Shown one piece after another: positions 38,157 to 52,750 of a stretch of DNA of 64,000 bases. The first letter of the stretch is position 1; every line of letters begins with the position of its first letter. The notes beneath the pieces are model-generated. The model was not told the origin of the DNA. It did no database searches and saw only the letters and a program-made list of their open reading frames with translations. The stretch comes from Epiperipatus broadwayi (Eukaryota > Animalia > Onychophora): positions 4,092,001 to 4,156,000 of the forward strand of contig JAQFVV010000005.1 of NCBI GenBank assembly GCA_028023455.1. Direction: 5' to 3'. The translations under genes and the position numbers were made by a program.

Positions 38157-41100
38157 ATTAAAAAAAAAATAGTAGCAATTCAATTATTAATGCTATGATA
38201 AAAATTTTAATAAAAGATAAAAATTAATAGATAAATACGAAAACGTTAATTATATTCTATATTTCAAAGTATAAATGAAACTGCTAATGAATTTATGTAT
38301 AAAAATATACGTTTGCAGCAGACCAAGTAAATATTTATGTTCGAATAATTAAATGCTGTATAAATTATAAATGCTTCAACTGCATATTACTTCTATCTGG
38401 ATAATATAATAAAGTTTATGTGTATGAATATACCTCTATATTTGACTAAATTATAAATGCTTACCTGCATATTGAATAAAATTGCAAATGCTTAATACTT
38501 ACCTGAATGTTGATTTTGTGGGAGTAATTTAAACCACATTAATAAATTTAATGAAATATTAATGGACTGCAAATAAAATAACTTAAGGTTAACTGGAACT
38601 CTGAATTAGACACAAAATGTAAATTGTTAAAGAACTTGCATTCTCTAATTCCTATTGTACTATTATTGACTGTATACTAAGATAGACAGTGGACTGCAAA
38701 TAAAATATTTGTTAAATTAAGTCGAACTCTGCATCAGATGCTATCAGTTGTCTTCATTACCCTCTCTGTTATCTCAATATAACACATTCCTTTCTGTGAA
38801 TTAATTATATAACTAAAGATGTAAGTTGTTAAAAGAACTATGAAAGGACTTTATTATACTCTCAACAAGTTACATTCTTTAAGTCATACTGAAGTATACC
38901 AAAGAAACCCAATGGACCAGAAATGAATAAAACAATGAATCTTCATATGAATATGAAGGAACTTTATTAGAAGAACTTGCAAATTAATTTGTTAAATAAA
39001 TTTATTGTTACTTAAAATTAACCTTAGTTATCCAGTTGTTCAATTCTATTTTGTTTTTGTTGCATCACTCATCAGTCATTGCACTTGTTCATGAGAATCT
39101 CATGCCTCCTGAGCTATGTCTGGCATAACTAGACCTAGGTAAGTCAGGTTGTAGTGAGATGGAACTCTAGTGGTGCCATTTGGAAAACCAAACATATAAA
39201 TGTCTAGATGCTTCCAGCCTCTATGGTACTACATCCTCTGGTGAGCAGGAAATATTGTTGTAGGGGGAGGGTTAACATCTGCATTGGGTAATGCCAATTG
39301 ATAGTTCCTTCCTGCAACATGCTCATCAGGAAAATGGTTACAACTGAAGTAATAAAAGGGTTGTACGGTGGTCCGGTTACAATATATATGTTGGAATGCT
39401 GTTTAATATTTTTTTCTTAAAAGCTATATTCAACCAAATAATATATAATTAAGGATAATTAAAGAACTAAGTTGGCAACAATGACAAAAAAAGAAAAAAT
39501 AACATACTAGTCACAAATCAGAGAAAGTAAAAATGAGCTAAGTCGTTTTGAAAAAAATGTCCTGATGGGACATATGCTATGAAATGAAAAAGAAGAAAGG
39601 GAAAAACAACAATGTCTGTGATGACACTAAGTGCTCACTGCTAGCATTGCGCAGTTTGAAAAGATTTCAGTTCTAGCCTGCGGAAGATTATAACCATTAA
39701 GAAGATTGTTGTTATATTATTTTTTAGTGCTGACCCAAAACAGAATATCAAAATTTCAAGAAGTCAAATTAATAGGCATGATTTTTATAAATCCATCCAT
39801 CATATAGCAGTCAGATTCTGACTGATATACTCCTATCAATCTCAAAAAATCATCTACATGTTGCCCAGAACAGAACAGATATGAAATATAATTCTTCTCC
39901 ACAGAAGAACTGTTTTTTTATTATTATCTGTACTTGTATAGCCCATGTATTTAAGCATAAGTCTACCTAAAACTAAGAAAAATTCAATAAGATCAACCAA
40001 CACTGACTTTAATCGTACATCTTAGATTTGAAATTATTCACTGATAGTAAGCCTATAAAAATGTTTACCGAATCACCTTAGTAAAAATTTTAATTTATAT
40101 GAATATAGATTAGAGGCATCTATAAAATATAAATTTCATACATATATTTTAATACTTGTATTTTTGAATGAATATTGTTTAAATGTTTTTTTAATTATTG
40201 ATGAATTTTTATCAGTGTAGCTTAACAATGTACATTTATATTAAATGCGTATGCACATTTAATTATAACATTTATAGTTAATCTTCAAAATTATTTCTTT
40301 ATTATGCTTATTGATTTGTTTTTCTTGTCACCAAGTAAAGATTATTATAGATAATTTTGACATCAATCAATAGTACTTAAAATAATGGTATTTAAATTAC
40401 TTACTTGCCTATACATTTTTCTTTTAATAGTTCTCATCTTTGATGTGTATATAACATCTTCCACTGCTCCTGAGAATTCATGCTTTATGCTAAGCAGTGT
40501 GGTGTTATTACTATGAGAACTGCTATGATGATACTAGCAGCTAATATATTCATAGGTTGTCTTTCTTAGAAAAAGTTATGCCCTGTTTTAGAGTTAATAA
40601 AGATCATATCCTATATACTCAAATAAATGCTTATGAATGAATGTTAAATGAAACCCTTGAGGTAGAATTTTATGTATAATGAAAATATAACTGCGGTTTC
40701 TTATATAAGGCATCATGTAAAGGATAAAAGATTTGATAATCATCAATCCATTAATTAAAATTTAAATGTCAATCTCTTTGATAGATTGATTAAATCCACA
40801 TTGCTTTAAAATAATTCAGATCTGTACATTGATGTATGTTTATATATATAGAAATTGTCAGTAATAGTAGTAGGACAGTCACCACTATAATATTATATAT
40901 CGTAATGGTCAGATGTGTGCATTCACATAACAAAATCCAGAATCCTGAAAAAAAATTAACAATTTAACTATAATTTAAGGGTTAAATAGACTAGTTAACA
41001 TGCTATTTAACTTAACTAAAATAATGCATATTCAACATATAAAAATCATTAGGTAATTTGGACTTGAATTGCGAGCAAACAGATATGAAACAAGTTTATA

Positions 41101-41221
41101 ATTAAAATAGGTTTATTAAAACAATTCAACAAAAACAAAATGACCTTAATTAGGTAGATTAACTATATGGAATTAATGCAACAGGCATTACATAGTGGAT
41201 GCGATTATTACAGCAATCTCA

Positions 41222-41752
41222 TCTTTAACAACCATAGCCATCAGTATCCTATTAGGCAGGATTGGTGTTAAACCACTAAACATCACATGCTCACCATCTC
41301 ATACTAGCACATAATTGTTGTAAACAAAAACAAAACTCTCCATACAGTAGTTTAAGAGCCAAAGACACCAAAATCTATGGATGCTGAATTGAGTTCAGAC
41401 CCATATGACTATATAAGCTATTGAGCTTAGGTTGAAAATATTTTTGTGTTTTCAATTTCATTCTCATAGTTTTGTAGTAAAGTAGAGTTAAAAGATGGCT
41501 GCTGGAAGGTTGCATTAGATCCTAAGATCTAGGTGCAGTGCTCTCAGATCCAAGGCTCCTCACTGATGATGGCCACAAGCCAGAAACTAGTCTGGGAATA
41601 TTGGATGAGTAGGCACTAGATAGGGATTTTATGCACAAGCCTTCTGGCATCTATTGATTACTCTGGTTAGCACAGGGTGGCACTACTATGTGGAGAGTTT
41701 TGCTTTTGTTTACAACAATTATGTGCTAGTATGAGATGGTGATCATGTGATT
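41222..41752 (+). mobile_element. Family B copy (B3): inverted 5' arm plus near-unit-length forward part
   Basis: 41222-41345 is the reverse complement of family B sequence. 41351-41752 aligns with 59925-60278 and continues across the monomer junction. Confidence 0.85.
41559..41596 (+). ncRNA. Minimal type I hammerhead ribozyme (family B, intact core)
   Basis: CUCA-CUGAUGA-UGGC-CACAA-GCCA-GAAA-CUAG-UC-UGGG: stem I 41559-62/41593-96, core 41563-69 and 41583-86, perfect 4-bp stem II, palindromic stem III ACUAGU, GUC cleavage triplet 41590-92. Confidence 0.85.
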
Positions 41753-43936
41753 CTTATATTATATTTAACAGTTCAAGTATTGCTTTTTGGCACTTGCCTT
41801 TTGCTTTGTATTGAAAGCATATTTAAGAATTTATTTCACATGTATTTTTCAATTAAACCATTAAAAACATACATGATCGATATTTCCTATGCTTAAACAA
41901 GCTGTTAAAACTAGTTTGGGTATATTCAAAAAGTAAATTCAAGATAGGGATGATTTTATACACAGACCTTCTAGAATATGTCTTGTGCTGAATAGCATTA
42001 CTGTAAGGAGAGTTTGCTATTGTTTTAAGTATTTTTAAAATTTTCACTTTAGTCCTTTTTAAATTTTTTGCTGTTATTGCTGCTAAAGCAAATTTTCATA
42101 GACATACTTAATTACTGGGCTATAAAATACATACATGTGAGCCCTGCTTGATTGGTACAATGTAGATTCGGTAGATTCTGGCGCACATTTTTTTATCAAT
42201 TCCTGAACAATAAAACATTCTATTATTTGTTAATGTTTAGCAGTGACAACAGTAATGAGTGAATCTTCAAATTATATACATTTTTAATTATATAACATAT
42301 TTTTAACGTCAGGATAAACAAAACGAGAATTTCTAAATAGTAGGACAGGGGATTATTACTATCATAAGTATAATGTGCTGCGAAATGATCGTATTACCTG
42401 ACATCCATTGTTATATCTATATATTAATTTCATGAAATAATCGCAACATCCTTTTAAAGTTTTCTAAATTATATTGATTAGACAAAACAGCAATAAAATG
42501 CACGCTTCAGAACACACTAATAAAATGGTGAATTAAAAAAAAAGTTATATATATATATTCTTCATACTAAGCTATTAAATTTAAATTATTATTTTTAAAA
42601 GTTTCAATTATCTTTTCGGTCTTGAAAGCTGCAATTAGAATATAAAAAGAAATAAAAATATAACGTAGATAATAATAATTATTATCCGATATTTAGAAGA
42701 AACGAGACGATTAAGTCCTTCCTTCCGGGTATTTATTTTCTTACAAAATTCTAATTATGTGTTTTTATTTTGTATTATTCACCCTTTCTGTGCTTATATA
42801 TATATATACAGAAAGATAAAGTAGATTATAGATAGTCCATAGCCGACAAATGGTATCCGGTAGCTTCTTTATAAGAAGAACAATGAAAATGGAAGTAAAG
42901 CTTATGACGCGTGCCATTTGCTGAATGGCGTACAGATTTTACCATACCATCTAGTTAAGAATAGCTAAACACCCATTTTACAACCATTATTGAATGGTTA
43001 ACAGAGTTGGCAATTAGCTACTTTGTTGAAAATATCAATTTACTTAATTAAAATTTGAACCCATGAAAGCATGGCAGGCGAATGAATATGCGAATTTAAT
43101 GTGCCTTGCATGATCTGCATATGCATGTAATGATGATAAATCAAGGGCATTACAATAAACTTACTAATAATAAACTTACTAGTGAATTTTGATAAATGTT
43201 TCATATATAATGAAAATTCCATTACATTGTGATTATCATGTTATTATCTTTTTATACTCGCAACAAGGCATTCAATTCAAGTCAGTACCTAAAAATATAT
43301 TAGGTAACTAAACAAAAAACAACAAGCAAAGAACTTTATTTAAGCTCAGGACATTTTTGCATATCCATCTCATAGCAACTCTCCTATTTGTTATTTGTGT
43401 GGATACTGTTTTTGTTTTTTGGGAACATATGCAGTATCAAGTATAAGTCACTGCAACATTTGCTAAGAAAGATTTGCTTATTTGTGATCCAGAAAGTAGT
43501 GGTATTTTCTTATATAATAAATAAATATATATAATGTAAAAATGAATAATGTTTATTAAATCTGCAAGCAAAAATAAAAACAACAATAATTTTTTCATAA
43601 ATTTTCTGTTTAAGATGTATTTTCATAAAAATAAATTAGGTGTCTCATGTTTGAAATTGATAAAAAGGTAGTAGAATAATTTATTCGTCCAGAGATCACG
43701 TGACTTCTAGTATCAGAAGTTTTAGAGTCGAGCTGCAATTCAGAGACATTTTGTTCTATCATTGTACTAAAACATAAAAGATATATATATTTTAAAATAA
43801 TATATATATATGTATGTGAGAAATATTACACTACTAATAATTTGTATTAATAAATAAAATAATTCTTATTGTGGATATTTATTATTTTAATACACTCCAT
43901 AAAACTGAGAGCTAAAATAAAAAATATCTACAATAA

Positions 43937-44100
43937 TTTTGTCTGAAGGTGATGATGATGGCAATTTTACTTATGATTACATGTTGGTCTATTTCCATTA
44001 TCTTATTAAATTATTAATTTATTTATTTTTAAAAAAAATTCATTTTTTTTTCCAAATGTATTCAAAAAAATGTATTATTTATTTATTCAACTATTAGTAA
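43937..44100 (+). repeat. Family C copy
   Basis: TTTGTCTGAAGGTGATGATGATGGCAATT...ATGTTGGTCTATTTCCATTATCTTA. Confidence 0.6.
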
Positions 44101-44384
44101 TAACACATAACAGTGGGATTATTATTCTCTTTCCTTCATGTTATTCTGGTCTAACCAAAGACAGTAATAGGTTTGGAATCATATCTGTGATTTAAGATTC
44201 ATAAATAAAGTATTTAAATGTTACATTCTCGCCAACAATAAGATGTTTGAATTCAATATATAATTATGAGTGTAAGTCATAAATTCATATCATAAAATAA
44301 AGAAATACATAACATCTATTAATATTAAGAGTCGTAGAGTTAGGGTTTTATAACTATTCACCTCATAAAAAAATATCGAGAAGT

Positions 44385-44465
44385 CAGTGACAGCTGCTTT
44401 ACAAGCAGTTGTCCCGGGATGGCGGGTTCGCTTCCCAGCTGATGCTATGACTCATGAGTAAAAAA
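44385..44465 (+). mobile_element. tRNA-Gly-derived SINE, 5'-truncated copy
   Basis: CAGCTGCTTTACAAGCAGTTGTCCCGGG..GGGTTCGCTTCCCAGCTGATGCTATGACTCAT followed by an A run. Confidence 0.7.
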
Positions 44466-45889
44466 AATATTTTTATAAAATTTGTTCTAAATGAATTTTA
44501 ATATCTTTAAGAACAAAAAACATTTTTATTGAAATTTTCTTTTTAATTCTAATTTCATAAGAGATTACAGCACCAGACCTATGAGTACCAAAATCGATCC
44601 TGGGATCCAGAATTGTTTCTGAGACCTCTTAATCCCAGTCAGGTGCTCTTCCACCTGTGCTAAATTATGCAGCCAGGATCAAACATTGACATTAAGCTGA
44701 TTTTAAAAACTCATTTTCTGTGAAATCATTTTTACACTATAATATTAATATCATTTAAGTTTTTTATTACTTTTTACAATGCTTTTTACAACCCACTATT
44801 GATGTAAAAAGCATTATAAAAAGTACTAAAGAACATAAATCATGTTAATATTATATGGATTAGATAAAGTTAGAAATCATTTTTATTTTAGTTTCTATTT
44901 GTTTAAATAGAATTATAAACTTACACTTGAATTAATGTAACCCAGTATTCATTTTAAATATTAAAGTTTGTTTTAATTAATTAAAAGAAACAACTGTTTG
45001 ATAAGTAATGACAGGTGCGTGTAATTTTTGTAGTCTTTGACATCAATAAAGGTTGACTTGAATAATTTGGTCTAAAAAGTTAAAAAAAAATTAGTTAGGT
45101 CAAAATATAAATAATCCAACCATATTGAGAAATGAAAATTTAATGAACTTATAAAAAATAATAATAAGATAGATTTTATATTAACTTTTAATATAGCACA
45201 AATGAACTGGCATTCGTTCAACTCTGCTCAATGGGACTAGACTATGTATTATTAATTTTTAAGGATTGAAATACTTTTATCTTCCTTTAAAATTTTTTTA
45301 GCCTCAGAAGCTCCTAACATTTCATACTTATACTCAGGACTAATAATTTACAAAACTGCATATGCTACCAAATAGGTAATGTATTCTACATTTTAATAGT
45401 AGATATTTTACCTGGGTGTGTGTATATAAAATTTCCAGAATTATTGGTAAAAAGATTTCATGACAACTTACAGATGCAGATTATATAATTGGTCATATAT
45501 AAGTGTGCATTTAATATATAATTACAAGTATCTACTAATTAGTTAAATAACAGCTTCAGGCTTTTATTCTTGTCATGTTCCTGAAGTGTACAGTTTTTTA
45601 AAAAAATACGGTTGTAGATGAATATAATTTAATTGAAAGTGAAAAATCTGATAAAGGTGTATGTACATTTCCATGAAAATATTAACTGCTTTTTAATTAT
45701 TATTTTTTAAAATTGTTTTATTTGATTGCCATATTAGTATATAATGTTCATATTAATATATCATGTCTTTTTGATATATTGCTTTCTATCACCTTTTTTT
45801 AATAGTCCACGCATCAAATTTATATGAGCTAAAAAATATAAATATATCCACGGTCTCACCATTAATTTGTGTACTATAAGATAGTTTTA

Positions 45890-46175
45890 ATCAGAAGAAT
45901 TTGAACCCAGACTTCCAAGCTCCCTTTAGTCATCTGCTCCATTTTATGTAACCAATGCACAATACATGCATGTGAAAAAGATAAATGATCTCCAACATAT
46001 ATATTTCATGATAAACTAGCACTCATTGGTCTAGATTATCATCTCCCACATATATATATAATTAGTGCTCAGTTTATATTAAGGTAGTAAATCTTCAAAC
46101 TTTAATGGACAAGCTTCAATTCTCTCCACTCTCCAACTCTTCAGCCATCCATACCATTGAAAATCTGATGAGGGC
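45890..46175 (-). mobile_element. Family A copy (A6), truncated, ribozyme broken by a deletion
   Basis: Aligns with 22430-22715 (TTTGAACCCAGACTT...AAAGATAAAT...TTTCATGATAAACTAGCACTCA...GAAAATCTGATGA). Confidence 0.75.
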
Positions 46176-49100
46176 ATGTTTGGATTCAAATCCCCTTTGC
46201 TTACATCCAGCTTAAAGTATATTTACTGCACTTATTATTAAATATTATAAGGGAGACTGTAGAAATCCTACAAAAAATCAGCCAGTTTAATCAAAAAATC
46301 AATTTTACATAAAGCATTCCATTATTTACTTTTTTTTTGTTCATTGGCAATAATTTTAATAGGTAACTTAAAAGCAAGAAACAATCAAAGACAGTTTACA
46401 AATTTGATTTACTTATTTTCCTCTAATAATGAAAAATTAATAACATATAAATTTCCTTTTGTTATTTTATAAATCGTCCCAATAGTAATCTAGGACACAT
46501 TTAATTTAAGAAAAATGAAAATATCATCTAAACTTTAATTGCTCTAACACTAGCAATAATTTCAATGTTAAATTATTTTATAACAATAATCTAAAATAGT
46601 TTACAAGTTTTTTACTTTCTTCTTATATTATTGGGCAAAACAATGGAAAGACTATAAAACACAAACTAATTTCTTATTAAATTACAAACAATCTCAACAG
46701 CTTTCAATGACTCACTTTGTCTGAGAAAGATGAAAAATATTTCCTTTAAATATTTGCTGCGTAAATCTATTGACAATTTTTTTGTATCTATAAAGCACAA
46801 TATTTTAAAATATTTGTGATAACTTGGTCATTTTGTTCTAACCAATAGAAATTATCTTGCCTAGTGACGTTATATGATGAGTATATGTACAGTACAGCAG
46901 GCTTAAAAGAATTTCAGATATCCTAGACAGTATAGAATAAGAACAGAAGTTACCACTTACCTGATTAATTAATGAATAGTTTGTGAGGGTTTTCATAATT
47001 TACTTTATTTTACCATCTATAGAAGAAAATTATGACTCTCATTTACTGACCCGTAATAGTTTTAGATAATTTAGCTGTTTAAGACAAATTCTAAATATTG
47101 TTGGAAATAAAATTCCCAACAGTTGATTCCATTCCCATGTCATGTCCACTGGTAGTCATATACAATAATCATTAATTTATGAGACATATTATTGATTAAA
47201 ATTAAAAATAAGTACTCTGTCTAAAAGTTAACATATCTTGAAATTTACTTGATCATTTCTGAACAAAGATTACAAAAAAAAACTTCAGTTGGTCAAATTT
47301 TACTCTAATCTATAGTTTCACTAATAATTAGCAATCCAGAACTATAATTAGCTAACAGATAAATTAAACTCTTAAAATAATATAATGGTGAACAGAAGTA
47401 CTATACTGTATATTATTCATGGAAATAATCTACTTTCATCAGATGCAATCACTTTATGTTATGTGCAAAATAATCTTAACACCTTTGTCTAGCCAACTAA
47501 GAACAACTATATATTAATTTGTAATGGCTATTGATGGCTAAGTTGATTGACTATAAACTAAAAACCTGAAAAAAATATTTTCTTGAGAAATATCTATTTA
47601 CCTGGCAAGCGATTTAGATTTGAATCCCAGATTATAAAGATGTGAGCTACATGGAATAAAAACAGTTCTCTATGAAGTCATAAATAGCCACCACAAAAGA
47701 AATTTCTTTAAAAAAATCTATAGATTCCCTAGAACAACACGAAATTAGTATAATTCATAATCACAGAACAATTAGTGTGAGAAAATGTTTCTAATGGTTA
47801 TCCTGATGTGTTGCTAGAAAAAATAGGACAAAATATACTGTTATTACTTTTATGCAGGCTAACATGATGAATGTTAAAGCATTAAAGCTTGTCATTGAAT
47901 TCTGAGCTCTTGTAAATTATATTTAGGGATGGCTAACTATGATTAATTATTATCTATAATGATCAAGCCTAATCAATCGCCTTCAGATAAAAATCTAATA
48001 TAAACGCCTACGTATCTACGACTGTAAACACCAAAATAAATTCATTAGTGATATATAACTAGTTATTAGCATGGTATATTTCGAATTATAAATGAATAAA
48101 ATACTACAAAAAAGTAAATAATTTTAATTATTACAAGGATTTTTTTTTTTTAATACAATGCATTGCAAAGCTTTATTCCGCTGTTTATTCAATCAATGTT
48201 TTTAAATTTTTTTTACGCACTTCCTATTTCGAAAGACAAAAAACACGTGACTTAGGACAAAAAAAGAAATCTCTTCAATGCGCAATAAAATATCTCATAT
48301 ATATGTAAATGAAAATTTTGGCTGGAAAGATGAAAATAATTCATAATTTCATTTACATTTTTATTGTTTTATTTTATATAAAATCACCGAGCAAATATTA
48401 TAAAAAAAGTCTTTATATCTATAAAGATAATAATTATTTTATTGGATTTTTTTTTTCAATATACAAATATTGATCGAACTTAAATACGAAAATTGATACA
48501 GTCTCTGTTTACATTCTTAAAAGAGAAACGGATGAAAATATTTTAAATTAGTACAATTAACTTTTTCGTATATATATATGTCCGCGTGTTACGTTCTCTG
48601 TCCAAACGCAGATAAAAGAACTAGACAACTAAATAATCCGAATAAATGATAACCCATGATCATCGTTGGGGGTAGTTCACCATTGCTTGCCACCACTTTG
48701 ACATAAATGCCATTCTAAAATAATTAATTTTAGTTGTAAAGATATGTACGGACATATGTCAGTATTAAATCGGAATATCCTGTTGGAGAGTTAATATTTA
48801 TATATTAATCATTCAGAAAAACCGAAATAACAAGCAATCAAGCGTATGGAAAATATATATGTAGATGTAACATATTCATTTGGAATAATCAAGTCCAAAT
48901 TATAATGATAATTCACTAGCCATATCTCCAAAGAATTACTTAAATAAAATTATAAATAATGCCTTTTTTTTTTTTATCATCAACTTCAATCCATTTGGTC
49001 AGATGAATAGATTAACATTGATATAAAAAAAAGTTGGTGTCATTTGCAACTTCATGTAAATGATTCTTTGAGATCTAGCTTGTGAATTGTTACATTAAGG

Positions 49101-51149
49101 TTTTGGAACTTGGTCATTCCATGAATAGGTTTACATTATATACAAGACATATTCAATAAGTCATAAGATTATTTACAGGTTTTTTAAAACTAATAGAATA
49201 TATATAAGATTCTCACAAATATTTAGTTTATATGCTATCACAGTAATAAAATTATTGGACAGCTAAAGAATAAAATCAGAAATGTTCAGATCTCTAAAAA
49301 TTTTCAAATGAACTTAGGATTTCTTTACACAGGAATTACTAAATGTATAACAAACCACTATTGATTAAAAAGAGTAATAAAAAATATTTATATATTTGCA
49401 TTAAAAAATATTGGATTATTTTAATAAAATGTCAAATCTTAAAGAATTTCTTAATACTTGTGAAAAAATGCTAATGATGTTAAAACGTTTTTATAAAATA
49501 GCAACTGTGTCCATTATATACATTTGTGTTCAAAACAATGTCATCTTATATGTAAAAATCAATGGTGCAGATTTTTAGACTGATCATGTATAAGTGTGCT
49601 TAAACATAAAGATAGCAAATGTGGTGTTTATTTTTAGAAGCAGTTATAATTTATGTTAAATTTCAGTTTCAGAGTTTTATGCTTGTCAAATTACTGAGGC
49701 TTTTTTTTCTTTCAAAAATATGCATATGAATACATGTAAATCAAAAAAGCAACCATGATAAGGAAATAATTGTTATCCAATAAAGATGTTAGCAATTTTT
49801 TAATTTCCTTTAAATTTGTTTGATTTGATTATCAATATAATATATTGATGGAAAAGGTTTAGGTTAGGTTCATACAGCACATAGAGAAATAGAACAGACC
49901 AATGTTCTTTCAGGCAATTAATTAACTCTACTAAAAAGGTTTAAAGCATATATACGAACTTTACATCAAATAATCATATATATATATGGAATGAGTTGAG
50001 TAAACCTTGTCTAATTGTAAAATAATTATGCAAATCAATTGTCTTAATCTCAGTAAACTAAAGATAAGAAAGCATCCATCTATTCTTAAGTGCTTTCATT
50101 ATAAATAATTTAAATTTGTTGGCAGTATTGAAATTTCTGAGTGAAATTAATTAATATTAACAGATACAAATATGGAATTATCAATTATGAAATCATATTT
50201 AATTAAAGAGATAACTTAATAATTATTTTGTTAATTAAATTATGTTTTACTCTCATATTTGTGGCGAAATCTATGCTCTTTTATATATTTAAGTTCTCAA
50301 TATTTCATTTACATATGTGATGATATGCCAAATATATTTTGAACCAGTGAGCAGATATATTTTAATAATTTTATCTCAAAGATAATATTTCTATCTTCAA
50401 TTTAGTAATTATGTCATAATGCTTAGTTATATTACATCTGAATCACTGTTTCGAAATTAAAATTTGTTAATTAATAACTGATCACCTTGCGATCATTGCA
50501 ATAATTTAACTCAACTCTGAATTCGATTTCATATATAATTATGGTTTGCTTTGTTATCTCTTTAATTCCTAAGACGCCATCTTTAATTTTAAAAAAAAAT
50601 TACAAGGAAAATAATTTTATATGTATTTTCTATTTTATTACAATAAATATAAATATAACTACATTTTTATAAAGAATGAACTGTAACTCATTAGGATTTT
50701 TTTTAGTATCAAATTTTGTTATATTGAGTAATTAAAGAGACGATCTTTCTATGTAAACATAGTCATTCTTCCTTCAAGATTACAGGGCTTTTAAATTAAC
50801 TTTCTCGATTTTTTTTGTTTCTGTTTTTCAGAATAAAAACACTATAACTGTCCTATATATAGATTCTTTCTTTTCACCTAAGAATTTAGTGATCAAAAAG
50901 AAAAATAATTTTAATTTTTACTTAATTTTATTTTTCCATTTTTTTTACCAATCAATTTTCAATTAATTCCTTATGTATCAGATGAATTTTGGGAGAAATA
51001 AACATCTGTCATTCTCAAAACTCATTACAAAGAATGTTATTTGAGGTCACAAATAAACCTATATGAAAAAAAGTATATATTATAAAAATAAACTATTTCA
51101 TTAGTTTAAAATATATCTATTTTTTTATTTTATGTGATTCTTTGATACT

Positions 51150-52750
51150 TATATGATATATAAATATTCATGTCTATAATGTATCTATTACACATCTTCT
51201 CTCTTAACAGTGGCATTTCTTAATTTAGAGGTCATATTAGATCATATGATAATAGAGTAATTTTGTTCTGCATTTCTCCAAAAATGAATACATTATCTCT
51301 GATGATCATAGATAAATAACCTTTGCGGTTTATTTCATCTGTAAAGTCAATGTTTCTTGCTAAGTTATGCACATATGGATCATTCATTTTGACATCAACT
51401 TTTCTCATAAATTGTTTTTAAAATATATAATGATATATTTCCTTTCAACTGTGAAATCATGTCATAGATTTATTTGACATTTTATTGGTTTTATCTGTGA
51501 GAATATTAGTTTTTTGTGTGTGTATTCCCAAGTTCTGAACTTATCATTTTTACATTTTGTTTAGGTGTTTTTATTCTTACAATATTTTTTAAAGCACTAA
51601 CATTATAAGTTCCTTTTGTTATATTTTTTATCTTAAAATTACACAGTATTAATTCATTAATTCCTATCTTCTTATTGTGTTCTTCATACATATAAATTAT
51701 ATTTTTATAATTATCTTATTTTGTTTCACTGACATGATTCTTTTGACTAAGCTTCCTTCCTTTATGTGACTTTTACATGCAACATTTCACACTTTTTAAT
51801 ATATTATCTCTTTATATTTCTATAGTTGCATATATCAACCATTGCAATACAAGTAATCTCATGCTACTTTGTTACTGGATTGAATTTCTTTTTCTACCAC
51901 ATCAAAAATATAATGATTGTGATACAGAAAGTTTGAGACTAAAGTTATAAGTCAAAGTCGATGTGATAAGGAATATATATTATAACACTTGAGAACTTAT
52001 ATAAATTTTAGCCTGCATTTTCTTGAATGCCAGTTTAGCTATCTTATTATTGGATAATACCACTTTAGCTTCTTTAAAAATTAATTCTTTTTCAACAACT
52101 GAGACAGTAGTTTTTTCAGATATTACTGAAATCTGTCTTCCAATAAAAACCAACTCTTGACTGGGAATTCTTTTATCAGTATATAATTCCAAGGACTGGT
52201 TATTCTTTTATTCAAACAATTCCATTTCTATTTTGTAATAACATTTGTTATTATAGATATATGCATCTTGTTTTTTTTCTCCATTTGTCACAACTCTTTG
52301 TAGTAATAATTTATCTTTTACTTTTCTAGATCTAATATAATTAGGTTTCTTCTGAAGATTTTTGGTTCTTCTTTTTAATTTTTTTTTTCTTTTTGGGAGT
52401 TGTTGGTTGCATTAATGTGTAATTGATTCCAGATCTTTGGTCATAATTTTTTTTAAATGAGTTATTTTTTTATAACTCTGTCAATGTTATGTTGATAGTC
52501 ATCTGCATTTTGCTGAAGTCATGTCCTTCATCATATAGTGAACTGATATCCAGTGTACAAAACATTTCTCACCTGTTTAACAGGATTCCTATTTTCAGAT
52601 AACATGCTACATTAAATTTATCATGGCAAAATTCATAACATTCCATATGATCAGATTTTTTAAAAGTAAGAAAGCAAGAATTTATAACCATAAAATGTTT
52701 CATAAGAAACTGCTTGTATATTTCTCCATATCTAGGTCAATATTTTTGAG
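51150..52750 (-). mobile_element. Possible decayed hAT-like DNA transposase
   Basis: The minus strand near 51285-51190 reads HFWRNAEQNYSII followed by RNATVKR, resembling the hAT C-terminal dimerisation domain (FW..YPxL / SNAxVERxFS). The protein-like 70-aa ORF 51980-52192 lies upstream. No TIRs identified. Confidence 0.35.
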
